From: Callorhinchus milii
Lineage: Eukaryota
Length of the DNA: 64,000 nt
Direction: 5' to 3'
NCBI RefSeq assembly: GCF_018977255.1
Contig: NW_024704742.1
Coordinates: forward strand, 74,588,001 to 74,652,000
Position numbers and translations under genes: made by a program. The stretch's first letter is position 1. Each line of letters opens with the position of its first letter. Positions 50,010 to 62,950 of the stretch are shown here, in pieces. The notes under the pieces are model-generated. The model saw only the letters and a program-made list of their open reading frames with translations, was not told the DNA's origin and did not search any database.

Positions 50010-52260
50010 GATAAGCGGGGTGTTGGCATATTTGAGCTTGGTTGCAATAAAGGCATATATGAGGGTTTTGGCATCTTGAGGGGTGAGGCAGTGGGGGTCA
50101 AGGCACAGAGGTAGGGGAGAAAGGACAGTTGAGGATCAAATATACCGCCTAGGTTCCTGACTGGCTCAGTGAGGTGGAGTGTGCATCCTTGGATGCTAAT
50201 GCTGCCAGTGCCTGAGGTGCGGAGGCACTGGTGTGAGCCAATCAGGAGAGCCTCGGTCTTGCTGACGTTCAAGAGAAACTTAGCTCTCATCCAGGACTTG
50301 ATGTCTGACAGACAGTCTGTCAGGACAGCAGTGGTTGAGGGTGGAGGTAGAGAGATAGAGTTGGGTGTCATCCACGTACATGTGGAAGTTGACCCCATGT
50401 CTGTGGATAATGTCTGCAAGAGGGAGCATGTACAGGTTGAAGAGGAGAGGACCGAGCCCTGAGGAATACTGCACAAGACAGTGCGGGGGCTAGAGGAGAA
50501 GCTGGAGATAAAATGTTTTTAGGGGAGTGAGAACAGTACTAGTTGAAGGGAGAGGTTGCTGAGGTCTGAGAGTAAAGGAACAAGGAGATGGAGCTGGGGT
50601 TAAAGAGAGTGGTATGAATGGGGTCAAGTGAGCAGGTGATGGGTTTGTGTGGGTTACAGTAGTGGTGAGAGAGGAGTTGGAGACAGGTTTGAAGGTGTGG
50701 AGAGAGGGATGGGAAGGGGCCGGAGTGTGAAGGAGAGATGGGGAGGAGGTGATGGTTGGGAGGGTGGAGGCGGCTGAATGAATCCCCTTGATTTTGGTCA
50801 CAAGGAAGTCCAGCATGCCTCACAGTTGGAGTTGGAAGAGGGAGAGGATGGGTGAGGCATGAGATGATGGACAGAGGGGCCAGTTAATAGTGAAGAGAAG
50901 CCTGGGGTTGTTCTTGGCCTCCAAGATTATCTTGGAATAGAAGGATAATTTAGCGGAGACAAGGATGGACAAGTAAGTTTTTATTTGGTCCAGACAGTCT
51001 GCTGGTGAACATGCACCTGACCCTTGAGTGAGCGGAGGTGGCTGTTGTACCAGGATGAGGTTCGTGAGTAGGATGTATTTGGGAGATGACGGGGGCAAGG
51101 GCATCGAGAATGGTGGAGAGGGAGTTGTGGAGGAGAGTGACCAAAGAGGATAAGTCAGTGCGGGAGGTAGGCAAGAGGGGGAGGAGTTCAGATGACTCCA
51201 GGGCAGCGGAGAGGGAGTGGGGGGAGATTCATTTCCAGGGGCGGTAGGAGATGGAGGTGGGTTTGGTGGTGGTGGGGAGAGGGATTGAGGAGTTGAAGGA
51301 GATGAAATGGTGATCTGAGATGGCTTTATCTGTGATTGTGAGGTCCGAGACACAGAGGCCCTGAGTAATCACCAGGTTGAGTGAGTGGCCATGAACACAG
51401 GTGGCAGAGTGAATATGGAGGGAAAGGTTGTGAAGGAAAAGAGAGAGGAGAAGTCGGTGGAGTTATAGCAAGAAGGGGTGGAATGCAGGTTGAAGGATAA
51501 GGACGTGTTCAGAACAGAGGCAGAGGAAAGCTAGGCAAGCGAAGATGTCAGAGATGAAGGTGGGGATGGTTTGGGGGGACAATAAATCAGGAGAATTTGA
51601 AGGGAAAAATTGGCAGGATGATAGAGGGTAAGATGCTCAAAGGAAGGGAATGAGCCAGAGGAGTAAGGGGCTAGAGCAAGTGAGGTCCTGGAGATGAGGG
51701 CCACACCACTCCCATGGCGGTTAGGACGTGGGTATGATGGAAGGTATAGCCAGGTGGTGTGGGTTCAATCTGGGTAAGGTATTGCCTGGGGTGATCCAGG
51801 CTTCTGTGAGGGCAAGGATGTTGATGTTTTCATTAAAGATGATGTTGTTGATGGCGAGAGCCTTGTTAGAAAGGGAGCGGACATTTTATAGGCTGATGCA
51901 GAGGGGACAGTTGGCAGAGGAATGTGTGAGATGGGAGGGGGTGGTGGGAGGATTGGCATGGAGGGTGGGAATGCGGATGAGGGAGGAGACAATAACGCCT
52001 GTGGTCTGGGTCCAGAGGGGCTTGTGGTGATAGTGGGGAATGGGGCAGTCAGTGTGGCTGCTGCTGGACAGCCAGCGGCGAGTGCCACAGTGAGCGTGAT
52101 GGAGGATTCCCAGGCTGGAGCAGAGGGAGACTGTGGGATGGTTAAGTGGTGATAGGAGATGAGGAGGAAGGAGAGTGAGGAGGACAGAGTGGGTGCAGGG
52201 TAGGGAGCATTTGGGGAGAAAAGCAGCTTGGGTCGGGGGCGGCAGCCAAGATGCGCATGC
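50010..52260 (-). mobile_element. L2 LINE retaining 5' end and APE endonuclease, internally deleted
   Basis: NVRSLSNKALAI..LALTEAW, GVALI, SDHH; then [17 protein letters not shown]; no ORF1 evident upstream. Confidence 0.9.
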
Positions 52261-53949
52261 TGAAACTTGCGGTATGCTAAAATATTACCTGCTAAATAAA
52301 ATATTGCATGCAGATATAGTTACTTTGCCTTATTCTTCCTTCCAAAATTTTTAACTTCATATTTTTCTGCCTGAAAGATCGCCCACCTCTTTGCCCATTC
52401 TTCTCGTCTGTCTGTGTTCTCCTGGATTTGCTATCTCTTCATTGTAAGCTATATTCCCAAATGTTATATCACCAAAACAATAGAAATTGTTCTCTTATAT
52501 CAGAATCCAGATCATTAAATTAAAGGAAGAAAAGCAGTGGTTCAAACACTGATCCCTGGGCATCACTATTTACATCTCTCCATTTTGAACAACAACCATA
52601 CACACCCTTCCATTCTCTGTTTCATGGGATTTAATCAACTCTCTATCTATGCTGGATCTATTCAAATTTTCAAGCCTGAGATGGATAGATTTCTAGGTCA
52701 GGGTATCAAGGGATATGCAGCAAAGGCAGGTAATTGCAATTGAGGTACAGATCAGCCATGATCTTATAAAAAAGGAACAGGGTTCGAGGTGCTGAATGGC
52801 CTACTCCTGTTCCTATGCCACCTTTCCATTTGTGCAATGCTCCTTAATGTTTACCAAAACTCTTATACAACTTCTTTAAATCCTTGTGAATATCCATATA
52901 CTCTACATCCTCTATTACCTTTATCTACTCTTTTGGTTATCTCATCAAAGAATTCTACTAGATTTGTCAGGAATTCGTTAAGGATTACTCATACAGTTGT
53001 TCTATATTTAGAACTAGTTTAAAGTCTCCTTGCTGAACTCACTTATGTCACTGTGATGTTGATTTCTAATCACTTGGTACGTCCTAGGGCTGGAGCCCAT
53101 ATAATGCTCCAATTGGGATGACTCCTTATTGAAGGAACTGTTCTGGCTGTGAAATGGAGGGAAAGACGGCGTTCTGTTTGGTGTATGAAACTGGAGGGAA
53201 AAACGAGGACAGGGTGGTCTGAGAGAGAGAGAGAGAGATTGGGAAGGAGAGGAAGGTCTGCGAGACTCAGAGAGGGGTAGGGAAGAAGGAAGAGAGGGTG
53301 TTTTGTGTGAAAAAGAGGAAAGGATTCGGTGATCTGCAAGAGAGATAGAAAAAAGATAGAGGAAGGGGGAGTGGAGGGTGGTCTCTGAGAAGAGGAATAT
53401 AAGTACAGAACCTCTTTTGCAGCCCACCTCTTCTTGTTCCTTTGAACAGTAACATTTATTGGCTTTTCTGAAGTCATTAGAAGTTTTCTGATTCAGAGAA
53501 ATGTAGCCATAGGATCAAAGTGAGTAGAATGCAGTTAAAATGAAGTTGTGAAATTTAATTTCAAACACTTTCACAACAGCATCTCCTGCTGGCATGCTCT
53601 GTATCATTCTCTGTATCAGTGTCTCGCTATCTTCCAGCACATTCTACTGGAAATAGTTAGCACACAGGCATTGGCTGATGTACCAGAGACATATATAGTA
53701 ATAAATTATGTTGCTTTCTTGGGTGCCTTTTTTTTTAGGATTGACCCAGGCATGAAGAATTAATCATCCTGAATACAATTGTGGATGATGGACAGAATTT
53801 AATAAAACGTACCCTTTTTCAAATTGGTGAGAAATAATTTCAACACTAAAACAAAAGTGAAACTTAATTTAACATTTTACAGGTAGTGAGCTCTGACTCA
53901 GGTTTCATTTTTACAAGATCAAAGGAGAGATATGGGTGAAGAAATTCAA

Positions 53950-54166
53950 CCTATGTCTCACCTCAGACACTGACAGCATCAATCTACACAGATGAACATT
54001 CCACCTCACAGAGGCAGTGCAGCACCTCGATGTCTTATTCGATTCTCAACTGTCCTTTAAACCTTGCATCCATGCCCTGAGCTGTTCAGCTTTCCCCATC
54101 CTTCGCAAATTGCCCACCTGCCACTACCTCTTCCCTCAGGACGCCAAGACCTTTATCCATGGTTTT
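53950..54166 (+). mobile_element. L2 fragment, continuing at 56310-56575
   Basis: Ends KTFIHGF; resumes I..RLDYAN about 2.1 kb downstream. Confidence 0.7.
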
Positions 54167-55030
54167 AATAATAATAATAATCCTTGCATTTGATATAGCG
54201 CCTTAAAGTCTTCAAGACATCTCAAAGTGCTTGACACTATACTGTAAAGTGATTTGCACACAGCAGTATCCCACAAACAGTTGTCGATTGAGTGACAAAT
54301 TCTATTTGAGGGGATGTTGGCCAGAACACCGGGACAGAGAGAGAAACTCCCTTTCCTTTTTGAATCGTGTCGCGGGATGAGAACATAAGAACATAAGAAA
54401 TAGGAGCAGGAGTAAGCCATTCGGCCTTCGAACCTGCCCCATTTAATAAGATCATGGCTGATTTTCCAACCTAATTCCATTTACCTGCCCTATCCCCATA
54501 TCCCTTAATCCCTTTAGTTTCTAAAAAAAACTGTCGATCTCAGTCTTGAATATGTTCAAGGACTGAGCATCCACAGCCTTCTGGGGTAGAGAATTCCATA
54601 AATTCACTGCCTTCTGATTGAAGAAATGTTTTCTCAACTCAGTTCTAAAGGGCTGACCTTTAATCCTGAGACTATGACCCCTAGATTTACATTCTCCAAC
54701 CAATGGAAACAGTCTCACAATATCTACCATGTCAAGACCCTTAAGAATCTTATAGGTTTCTATAAGATCACTTCTAATTATTCTATATTCTAGAGAATAT
54801 AGGCCTAGGCTACTCAATCTCTCCTTGTATGTCAACCCACTCATCTCTGGAACCAACCTAGAGATCTTTAACAATCACCTGAACAGGCAGACAGGAGCTC
54901 AGTTTAACGTCTCAGCGCTGCATTGGAGCTTCAGGTTAAGACTGTGTGATTCCAAGTCCTGACGTTGGGGGTTTTAACCCACAACATTCTGACTCAGAGG
55001 CGAGAGTGCTACCAACTTAGTCAGACTGAC
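54167..55030 (-). mobile_element. SacSINE1-like Deu-SINE split by CR1
   Basis: Head ggtagcactctcgcctctgagtcagaa near 54990-55014; tail at 54167-54378. Confidence 0.8.
54379..54865 (-). mobile_element. CR1 3' fragment
   Basis: LGLYSLEYR..RSDLIETYKILKG..FFNQKAVNLWNSLP; (TTCTTATG)n-type tail. Confidence 0.95.
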
Positions 55031-55103
55031 GCACATTGACTGGATCTCACATTAACACAAGCCCTCAATCCAGCACTTACATAAGGCCACCAAAGATTCA
55101 GAA

Positions 55104-56066
55104 AATAATAATAATAATCCTTGCATTTGATATAGCACCTTATCACGTCTTCGAGACGTCTCAAAGCGCTTCACAGAAAATACTGTAAAGTGAATTGACT
55201 GTATATTTTGTGGGCGAAATGAAGCAGCCAATTGTGCACACGTACCACAAACAGTTGTGGATTGAGTGACCAAATAATTTTTTTTTGAAGGAATCTAAAA
55301 ATTTGACTCTAGGAATTATCATCCCTGGAAAAGCGATCTGCCAGTCGACTAACAACAAGAAGATTACATTTATATAGTGGCTTTCACGTCAGGAGGACAT
55401 CCCAAGGCGCTGAAAATACAGCATTTCAGACCCGAGCTGGGGTCAGGGGGGGAGAAGCGAGGGGAGGGGAAGGGGGGTGGCCGATGGCATGGTCAAAGAG
55501 GAGTGTCTTGAGGTGGGACTTGAAGGAGGCTAAGGAGGGGGCAAGGAGGAGTGATTGGGGGATGGAATTCCAGACGTTGGGGACAGAGTAGCTGAAAGCT
55601 CTCCCGCCAATGGTGGGGAGGGTGGGTCGGGGGACGTGGAGCACGCCGGAGCCGGCCGAGTGGAGGGAGCGGGCGAGTTGGTAGGAGGTTAGGAGATCGC
55701 AGAGGTAGGGTGGAGTGGGATAGGGAGCCAATGGAGTTGGGTAAGAATGGGGGAGATGGGGTCACGGAGTTTGGTGTGGGAGAGGACACGGGCTGCAGAG
55801 TTCTGGATTATCTGCAGCCTGTGGAGGGATGAGTTGGGAAGGCCGACAAGCAGGACGTTTGCATGGTCGAGCCTGGAGCTGATGAAGACATGAACAAGAG
55901 TTTCAGCGACCTGAGGGATGAGGTAGTAACTACTGGGTTCCTACTTACTGCTGGTAAACAGAGGTGTGTGGAGTAAGGAACCTTGCCCAACGTTTCACTC
56001 TGTCGGGAATTGGACCCAGGTCTCTCACTTGCGAGGCGACAGTTCTAACCACTGAGCTACAGGATT
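55104..56066 (-). mobile_element. Deu-SINE (55104-55354 and 55925-56066) split by an L2
   Basis: Halves join at taacaac/taactac to restore the consensus. Confidence 0.85.
55352..55925 (-). mobile_element. Young L2 3' fragment
   Basis: Highly similar to 5263-5870. Confidence 0.93.
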
Positions 56067-57065
56067 CGAGATGGGAAAGGTCTTCAGCCCATTCAATCTC
56101 AATCTTTCACACTGAATTCTGATCCTCACACGCCTCACTGTTTTCTTTGAGTTTTTTTTTAAAAAAGCCTTTTTTTCTCCAAATTTACAGCTCCCAAATT
56201 AAGACTAGACCAAAGAATTTATTATAATCGATGCATTTCATATAGCACCTTATCACATCACTAAGGTGTCTCAAAGCACTTCACAAAATATACTGTAAAG
56301 TGAAGTAATTTTTTATCAAGTTCAGGCTTGACTATGCCAACTCTCTGCTCGCCTGACTTTCCTGCTCTTCCCTCCACAATCTGCCAACGATCGGGAACTC
56401 TGCAACTCGTATCCTTTCCCACACTTGGCTCTGTGACCCTATCAACCCCATCATCACCTGGATCCACTGGCTCCCCATCCTGCAGCCCCATCCTACCTCT
56501 AACATGCTCTAAAACCTTACCAAGCCATCTGCTCCCTCCTGACATGAAAGGAATTATATAAATGCAATTTGTTGTTGATCTTATCCTTCCAGAATGTTCA
56601 CCCTACCGTCCTCCCAACACCTCATCCAGCTGTTTCTTAACTGGCCTCAAACACTCTTCCTGGAAACTGTTCCAGTCATTAATTACTCTCTGATTAAATA
56701 AATACTTCATTGTGCCTTTCCTGACATTGCTCACTACTACTACTACTACTACTACAACAACAACAACAAAATTACATTTATAGAGCGCCTTTCACGTTGG
56801 GAGGACATCCCAAAGCTCTGATGCAACTTGCATTTATATAGTACCCTTCACGTGGGGTAGCATCCCAGAGCACTATTGTTCTGCTTGTTTAATATATGTT
56901 AACAGTTTACTTATTTAATCCCATTTATCATCGTATATATCTTTACAATTTTCAACAGTGATCTAATCTCAAGAGATCTAATTTATCTAGTCTTTCCTCC
57001 AACACATTTCTCCAACATTGGAGAGCTGAGGAAGGTGACTAAAAGCATTATTGAAAAGGAAGATC

Positions 57066-57304
57066 TGGAATCCTGTAGCTCAGTGGGTAGAGCACTCGCC
57101 TTGCAAGCGAGACACCTAGGTTAAATTCTAGGCAGGGCAAAACCTTGGGCAAGTTTCCTTACTTCACGTGCCTAATAATAATCCCTCCAAAACAAAACAA
57201 TAATAAATTGGTTATTTTCAATCCACGGCTGTTTGTGGGGCACTTTCACGTCAAGAAGACGTGAAAAGCGCTATATCAAATGCAAGGATTATTATTATTA
57301 TTAT
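57066..57304 (+). mobile_element. Deu-SINE with internal deletion of the Deu core
   Basis: Intact tRNA head and tail; gtttgtgggg is joined directly to the tail stem-loop. Confidence 0.9.
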
Positions 57305-57690
57305 CTTAAGGCAGATTTTTAAGGTGAGGAGGGAGGAGGCAAGACAGAGAAACTCCGGGATAGAATTCCAGAAGGTGGGGGCAAAATGGCTGAAAGCTCC
57401 TTCATGAAAGGTGGGGGCATGAAGCAGGCCACTGAGCAGAGGAAGCAGTTAGGGCAGTAGGCTTATAGCAGGTTGCAGAGGTAAGGGCATGGAGAGATTT
57501 ACAAGTAAGAACGAGGATCTTAAATTCAATTTGCTGGAGGATCGGGAGCCAGTGGAGCTGAGCGAGGATGGGGGTGAGAGGACCACAGAGCCTGGTGCAG
57601 GAGGAGATATTAAGTGCAGAGTTCTGGATGGTCTGCAACTTGAGTAGGGAGGTGCTGGAGAGTCCAGTGAGCGGGGTGTTTGAATAGTCT
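57305..57690 (-). mobile_element. L2 fragment
   Basis: KLQTIQNSA, LHWLPILQQIEFKIL. Confidence 0.88.
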
Positions 57691-58774
57691 TGGAACATTC
57701 GATGAATGGTAGAAAAGAGAAGCTTAGGTTAGCCATCATAATAACATGGTGGAACTGGGGGCTCAGGAATGTCAGTAATTGCAGTGTTGTAGGAATCACA
57801 GAAGACATGGCCAAATCAAGCTGAAAGAAACAAATAACTTTCCATGTGTCCCTTACATATATGGAAACCCTTTCACCTTTCTTTGCCTCCTATCATTCCG
57901 TTGCCTCCTATTCACTTCTTTCAGCCCTCCATCCTCTTCAAGTCCCATCCATCCTAACTTCTGGCTCCAAATAATAATAATAATAATTCTTGCATTTGGT
58001 ACAGCGCCTTATCAAATGTGAGTAGGTCAAGGACTTTCTCAGGTCCAAAATCTATAAAATCTACCTGACCATTTCTCCCCTACTCCACTCCTTCCATTCT
58101 CCCTTCCCAAAATGCATCTCCCTCTATCCCTAAAGTTCACACATTTTTTCCCCTTGTTCCTCTCTATTGTTATCTCCCATGTGCATCCCAAAACATTGAC
58201 TCGCTTACCACTCAGTTTCTGGCTACACAATTGTCCTCCTCTCTGTCTCCTGCAAGTGTAATCCAACTTTTTCTATCCTATGGCTGCATTTCCTCCCTTT
58301 CAAATTCTGTCATCAACATCACCTTCTCAAAAGGAACACAATCGACACTTCGAAACTCTCCATCTAACAACCTTTCTTTACCCTTCCTATTCAAGACACT
58401 GGAATGTATCATTGCGACCTAACTTCATTACCACCTCTCATTTCACTTCTTGTTCAAATCATTCTAGTCCAGTTTCTCCTTATGTCCTGGCCAGGACTCT
58501 CCCAAATAAAACTAATCATTCACTTCATGACAGTTTGTGGAACACCATGCATATTGGCTGCCACAAATACAGTCACTGCACTTCACAGTAAAAGTGCTTT
58601 GAGGCGTCTGGATAACGTGAAATGGCACTATATCCAAAACTATAGCTTGATATTCAACCTTACCTATCTTTGCCTGATCATAAATGAACCTGCATTTATT
58701 TTTACCATATTTCATTCTGTTATGTCATATTAATTTCCCAGATTTAAAAAAAGCAAACAGCTTGCAATGTTTAT

Positions 58775-59060
58775 CAACAACAACAACTTGGATTTATACA
58801 GCGCCCTCCACGCCAGACGGCGTCTCAGAGCGCTTCACAGTAACGGATCCCGGGGCCGAGCCAGGGGGAGGGGGAGGAAGGTGACCAAAGGCGCGGTCAA
58901 AAAGAAAGGTCTTCAGCAGAGAACTGAAAATGGGAAGGGAGGGAGCGAGACGAAGGGAGTGAGGAAGGGAATTCCAGAGCCTCAGGGCATAGTGGCTGAA
59001 GGCACGGCTGCCGAGGACTCGGGGAATCAGGAGGAGGCCAGACCCGGAGGAACAAAGGCA
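58775..59060 (-). mobile_element. L2 3' end (second subfamily)
   Basis: RAFSHYALRLWNSLP..LKTFLFDRAF; (TTG)n tail. Confidence 0.92.
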
Positions 59061-59393
59061 ATACATTTCTTGGTTTATAAAGAAGTTTATAAATAAATTC
59101 CCTTCCCTACTCAGTCTTCACTCCTCTCTGGAAAGCTAGGGCTCCCATGAGTTTCAGCAGAAATCTATAGTGCAACCAAAATTATTCTGCTTGATGTCAA
59201 AGCCCAGTCAGTAAGTTTGGGCAGGCCATTCACCTGTGGAGAGCAGTGTAACAGAACTGATTCCCCCTTCTGATTTCCATACATATGCACTTTTCAGTCA
59301 AAGTCACTGAGGCTAAAACATGTTGAAATGTATCAAAGCACTTAATGATCCTTGCATTTGATATACTGCTTGTTCACATTATCGAGAAAATAA

Positions 59394-59708
59394 ATAATAA
59401 TATAATAAGCCTTGCATTTGATATTATGCTTTTCATGTCTGCTAGACATCTCAAAGCGCTTTACAGAATATACTGTAAAATGAATTGACTGCATATTATG
59501 TGGGCAAAACACAGCAGCCAATTGTGCACAGCAGTGTCCCACAAGCAGTCGTGGATTGAAGTGATCAATTTATTATTGTTTTTTTTGAGGGATTATTATC
59601 AGGCGTGTGGAGTAAGGAAACTTGCCCAAAGTTTCGCCCTGCCAGGAATTGAACCCAGGTCTCTCGCTTGCAAAGCAAGTGCTCTAACCACTGAGCTACA
59701 GGACTCCA
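59394..59708 (-). mobile_element. Deu-SINE, short subfamily, full length
   Basis: Head, Deu core, tail. Confidence 0.92.
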
Positions 59709-59909
59709 AAATGTCACAAAGCACTTTTCAGGATATACTGTAAAGTCTTCCAACAAAGTTTCTAAGTCTCATGTGTTTTTGTAGGTGAACAGCCACAACA
59801 GTTTTTAAGTGACACACAGTATTTTCAGACAGTAATGTCCCACACACAGTCATAAAGTGCATGACCAATGTCATTTGGAGGATTGTCATCGTCATGTATG
59901 CAGACTAAT

Positions 59910-60420
59910 GTTCTATCCTGTTGCTTATCAGACATGGATAAGCGCTAATACTCTGCAGATGAATGCTCACAAGACAGAAGCCATCCTACTTGGCTCCCAT
60001 CAACATCTTCTCATCTGTGGTTCATACTTCCTTAATCTTCCCAGTCTATCCCTCAGACTCACTGAACCCTTTGTGCAACCTAAGTGTCACGTTCGATGCA
60101 TTCCAACCTTCCTACCCCACATCCAAACTGGTGACTCCTTCACCTCTGCCAAATCACCTGCCTCCAACCATACCTCACACCCAATACAGCTGAAACCTTT
60201 ATTCCCGCATTTGTCACCTCCTGCCTTGATTTTCCACTGCCCTCCTCATAATAAAATTATTTTATGCTTCAAAACTGGGCCACTGCACCGCCAACACCCA
60301 GTCTTTGTCAGGCTCCGCTCGCTGCTTATTGTAACATGGATCCATTTCAATATCCTCACACTTTCATACAAGTCTATCCGTGCCTTTGCACCGCCCCACC
60401 TCTCTGACCTGTTTACACCC
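59910..60420 (+). mobile_element. Old L2 fragment
   Basis: WISANTLQMNAHKTEAILLG, FNILTLSYKSI. Confidence 0.8.
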
Positions 60421-60569
60421 ATTCCATATCCCTCTTTCCCACCAACCCCCCTCCTTCCCTCCTTGCTAGAATCATTCTAGTCTAATTTCCATAATAATAA
60501 TCGTTACATTTGATACAATGATTTATCAGGTGTTTGAGACGTCTCAAAACACTTCACAGATTTGAACGT

Positions 60570-60937
60570 GCAGTGCGGTGGGTGTCTGTGTTTTTGATAG
60601 AGAGGGAAGGAATGATTTTCTCTCTGTGACCCAACTCCCTCTGTTTCTCTCCCCCCCCTCTGGCTACTCCACGTCCCCCACTCGCACTCAGCTCACACTG
60701 CAATGGTTCAGCCCTGAAGGTGACGAAACGTTTCCATCAGTTCAGCCCTGTGGGCTTCTCTGTGAAGCGCTTATATGCAGAGAGCATCCAACCTGACACA
60801 CTGAGCAGGAGCTGGTCCTCACCCTCCTCCTCATTCTCATGGATGATGCTCAGAGCAGAGGCTGCTCTCTGGCTGTTAAACTCAACAGAGTCGAAAGGTT
60901 TTAAGTTTTCATGAAATCCGGCGATCCAAAGGTAAGG
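60570..60937 (+). promoter_or_regulatory. Possible promoter or first exon ending at donor AAG|GTAAGG (60931/60932)
   Basis: Non-repeat, GC- and CpG-richer patch; ATG at 60911 gives MKSGDPK before the donor. Confidence 0.35.
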
Positions 60938-61794
60938 CGATTGCTACACGTTTGTGGATTCCGTTTTCTGTTTCTAATTCTAATTGAACCGTTCGTTTCA
61001 AATCGGGAGCTTTTTTTTTTCACCCCCCCATCAAATCCAGTTTAGTTTGTGAAATGTAGGAAACTGTGACAGTGTTTGATCTGGAGAGCAGCGTGTTGGT
61101 GGTATCATAAAAGATCCACTGATCAGTTTATTTAAGATCAACGTTTTCAACTGCTGTTGCATATTATCTGACTGTTTAGTTTATTTGTCAATTTTCATGT
61201 TAATGTCAGTCATGTACTCCAGACCCCAGAGAAAATATTAACACATCCTGCAAAAAGGTTGTACTGATCCCGACCCTGACACAAGATTCCTGATAATCCA
61301 GTAATCAGAAACGAAATGTATATTTTTTAATAGTCTTAACGTGGAACACAAAATTGTGGGGGAAAACATCTCCCAAATTAAGATTGAAATTCAGATTTTT
61401 CCAAAATTTTGCACAATCTTAGATTTCAAGACAAGGAGGCTAGAAATTCCAGTAATGGAATAATTAAAGCATAAAAAGAGTTGCACTTTTTTTTAGCATT
61501 GGCTCAATGTACAAATATCCTGTGTGCAGCACTCACTGCCAATAATAGTGTCCAGCAATAGTTAAGCGCTCCGGGACACTACCCCGCATGAATAGCGCTT
61601 TATAAATGCAACTTGTTGTTAAGACGTTTAGCACCATACAAAGGGAAGGAGTTTCGCAAGACTGGATCACCAGAAACTGCCTTTATTTAGGCTGCTGATT
61701 TCTCTCCTCTCTCAACCTCTCTCTCTATATTAACTCCAACATCCATATCCACGTCATAACCTGATCTCTCTGCCAAATTCAACACGACTGAAAA

Positions 61795-62950
61795 CTCTAA
61801 CCTTCTCCACCTCCTCTGCCCGCTCCACCTTCACAGGTCTGTCCTATCCTGGTTTCACTGTTACCTATCCTGGCATCTCCACATTGTCTCTTCAATCAGC
61901 TTCTCCTCCTCACTCTGTAGAGACATATGTGGCATTCCTCAGGGCTCGAGCCTCGGTCCTGACCTCTTCAGTATCTAACGCTCCCACTTGACAATGTTAA
62001 CTGCAGACATGTGTAGCAGATGTCGCCCAACTCTTTTTTCTGCCTTTACTCTCAATTTCGGAACCACTGCTGTTCTGATCAGTTGCCTATTGGAACATCA
62101 AGTCCTGGATGAGCTCGAGCTTTCTCCAGTTAAATGTCAACAAGAAAGATTCTCCCCTGCTTGGCTCCTTTTAGAGCCTTCTCACATCAGGCACTGACAG
62201 TATCAAGATACACCAATACACACTCCATCTCATGGAGCCAGGGCAGAACCTCAATAGCTTGTTTGACTCTCAACTGTCCTTTAAACTGTCATCCATGCTC
62301 TGTCCCATTAGCTTTCCCCCACCTCCTCAACAATGCCTGCTATCACCATTACCTTTCTTCTTAGGAAGCTGGGAACCTCATTCACCTTTATCATGTCCAA
62401 GCTTAACCACGCCAAACCTGTTTGTTGGATTCCCCAACTCTTCCCTATGCAAGCTGCAGCTGCAGATTATCCAAAACTTTGCAACTTGTATCCTTTCCCA
62501 CACCAAGCTCTGTGAACCTATCATCTTCATCCTTGCTGAACTCCATGGCTCTCCATCCCCCAATGGTTCAAATTCAGCATCCTCATTTTCACCTTTAAAT
62601 CAATCCACGCTTTCACCTCACCCTTCCTCTCTGATCTCATTCAACCCTACTAACCCGACCGATCCCTTGCCTCAGCGAGCACTGCCTGCTTCATGTGCCT
62701 TATCCATCCTACCATCACTGGGCAGGTTTTCAGCTATTCCATTCCCACTCTCTGGAACTCCATCCTCGGACTCCCTCCCCTCTTTCAAGCACGTCTCAAA
62801 ACGTACCTCTTTGACAGCAATTTTGGTCATTTTTTCCTTCCTCAACCCTCTCGACTTCCACCCCAGCTTAAGTGCCAATCCAACACTGTGAATGTGCTTT
62901 GGGATATCCTCCTAACACGAAAGCTGCTGTACAAATGTAGATTGTATTGT
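61795..62950 (+). mobile_element. Old L2 RT/3' fragment
   Basis: GIPQGSSLGP, LQIIQNFA, TLWNSI, LKTYLFD, stem-loop tail. Confidence 0.88.

Noticed and set aside
60706..60750. ctgaaggtgacgaaac hammerhead-like core between 11-bp direct repeats gttcagccctg
   Set aside because: Core deviates from CUGANGA, and I could not build helices I and III
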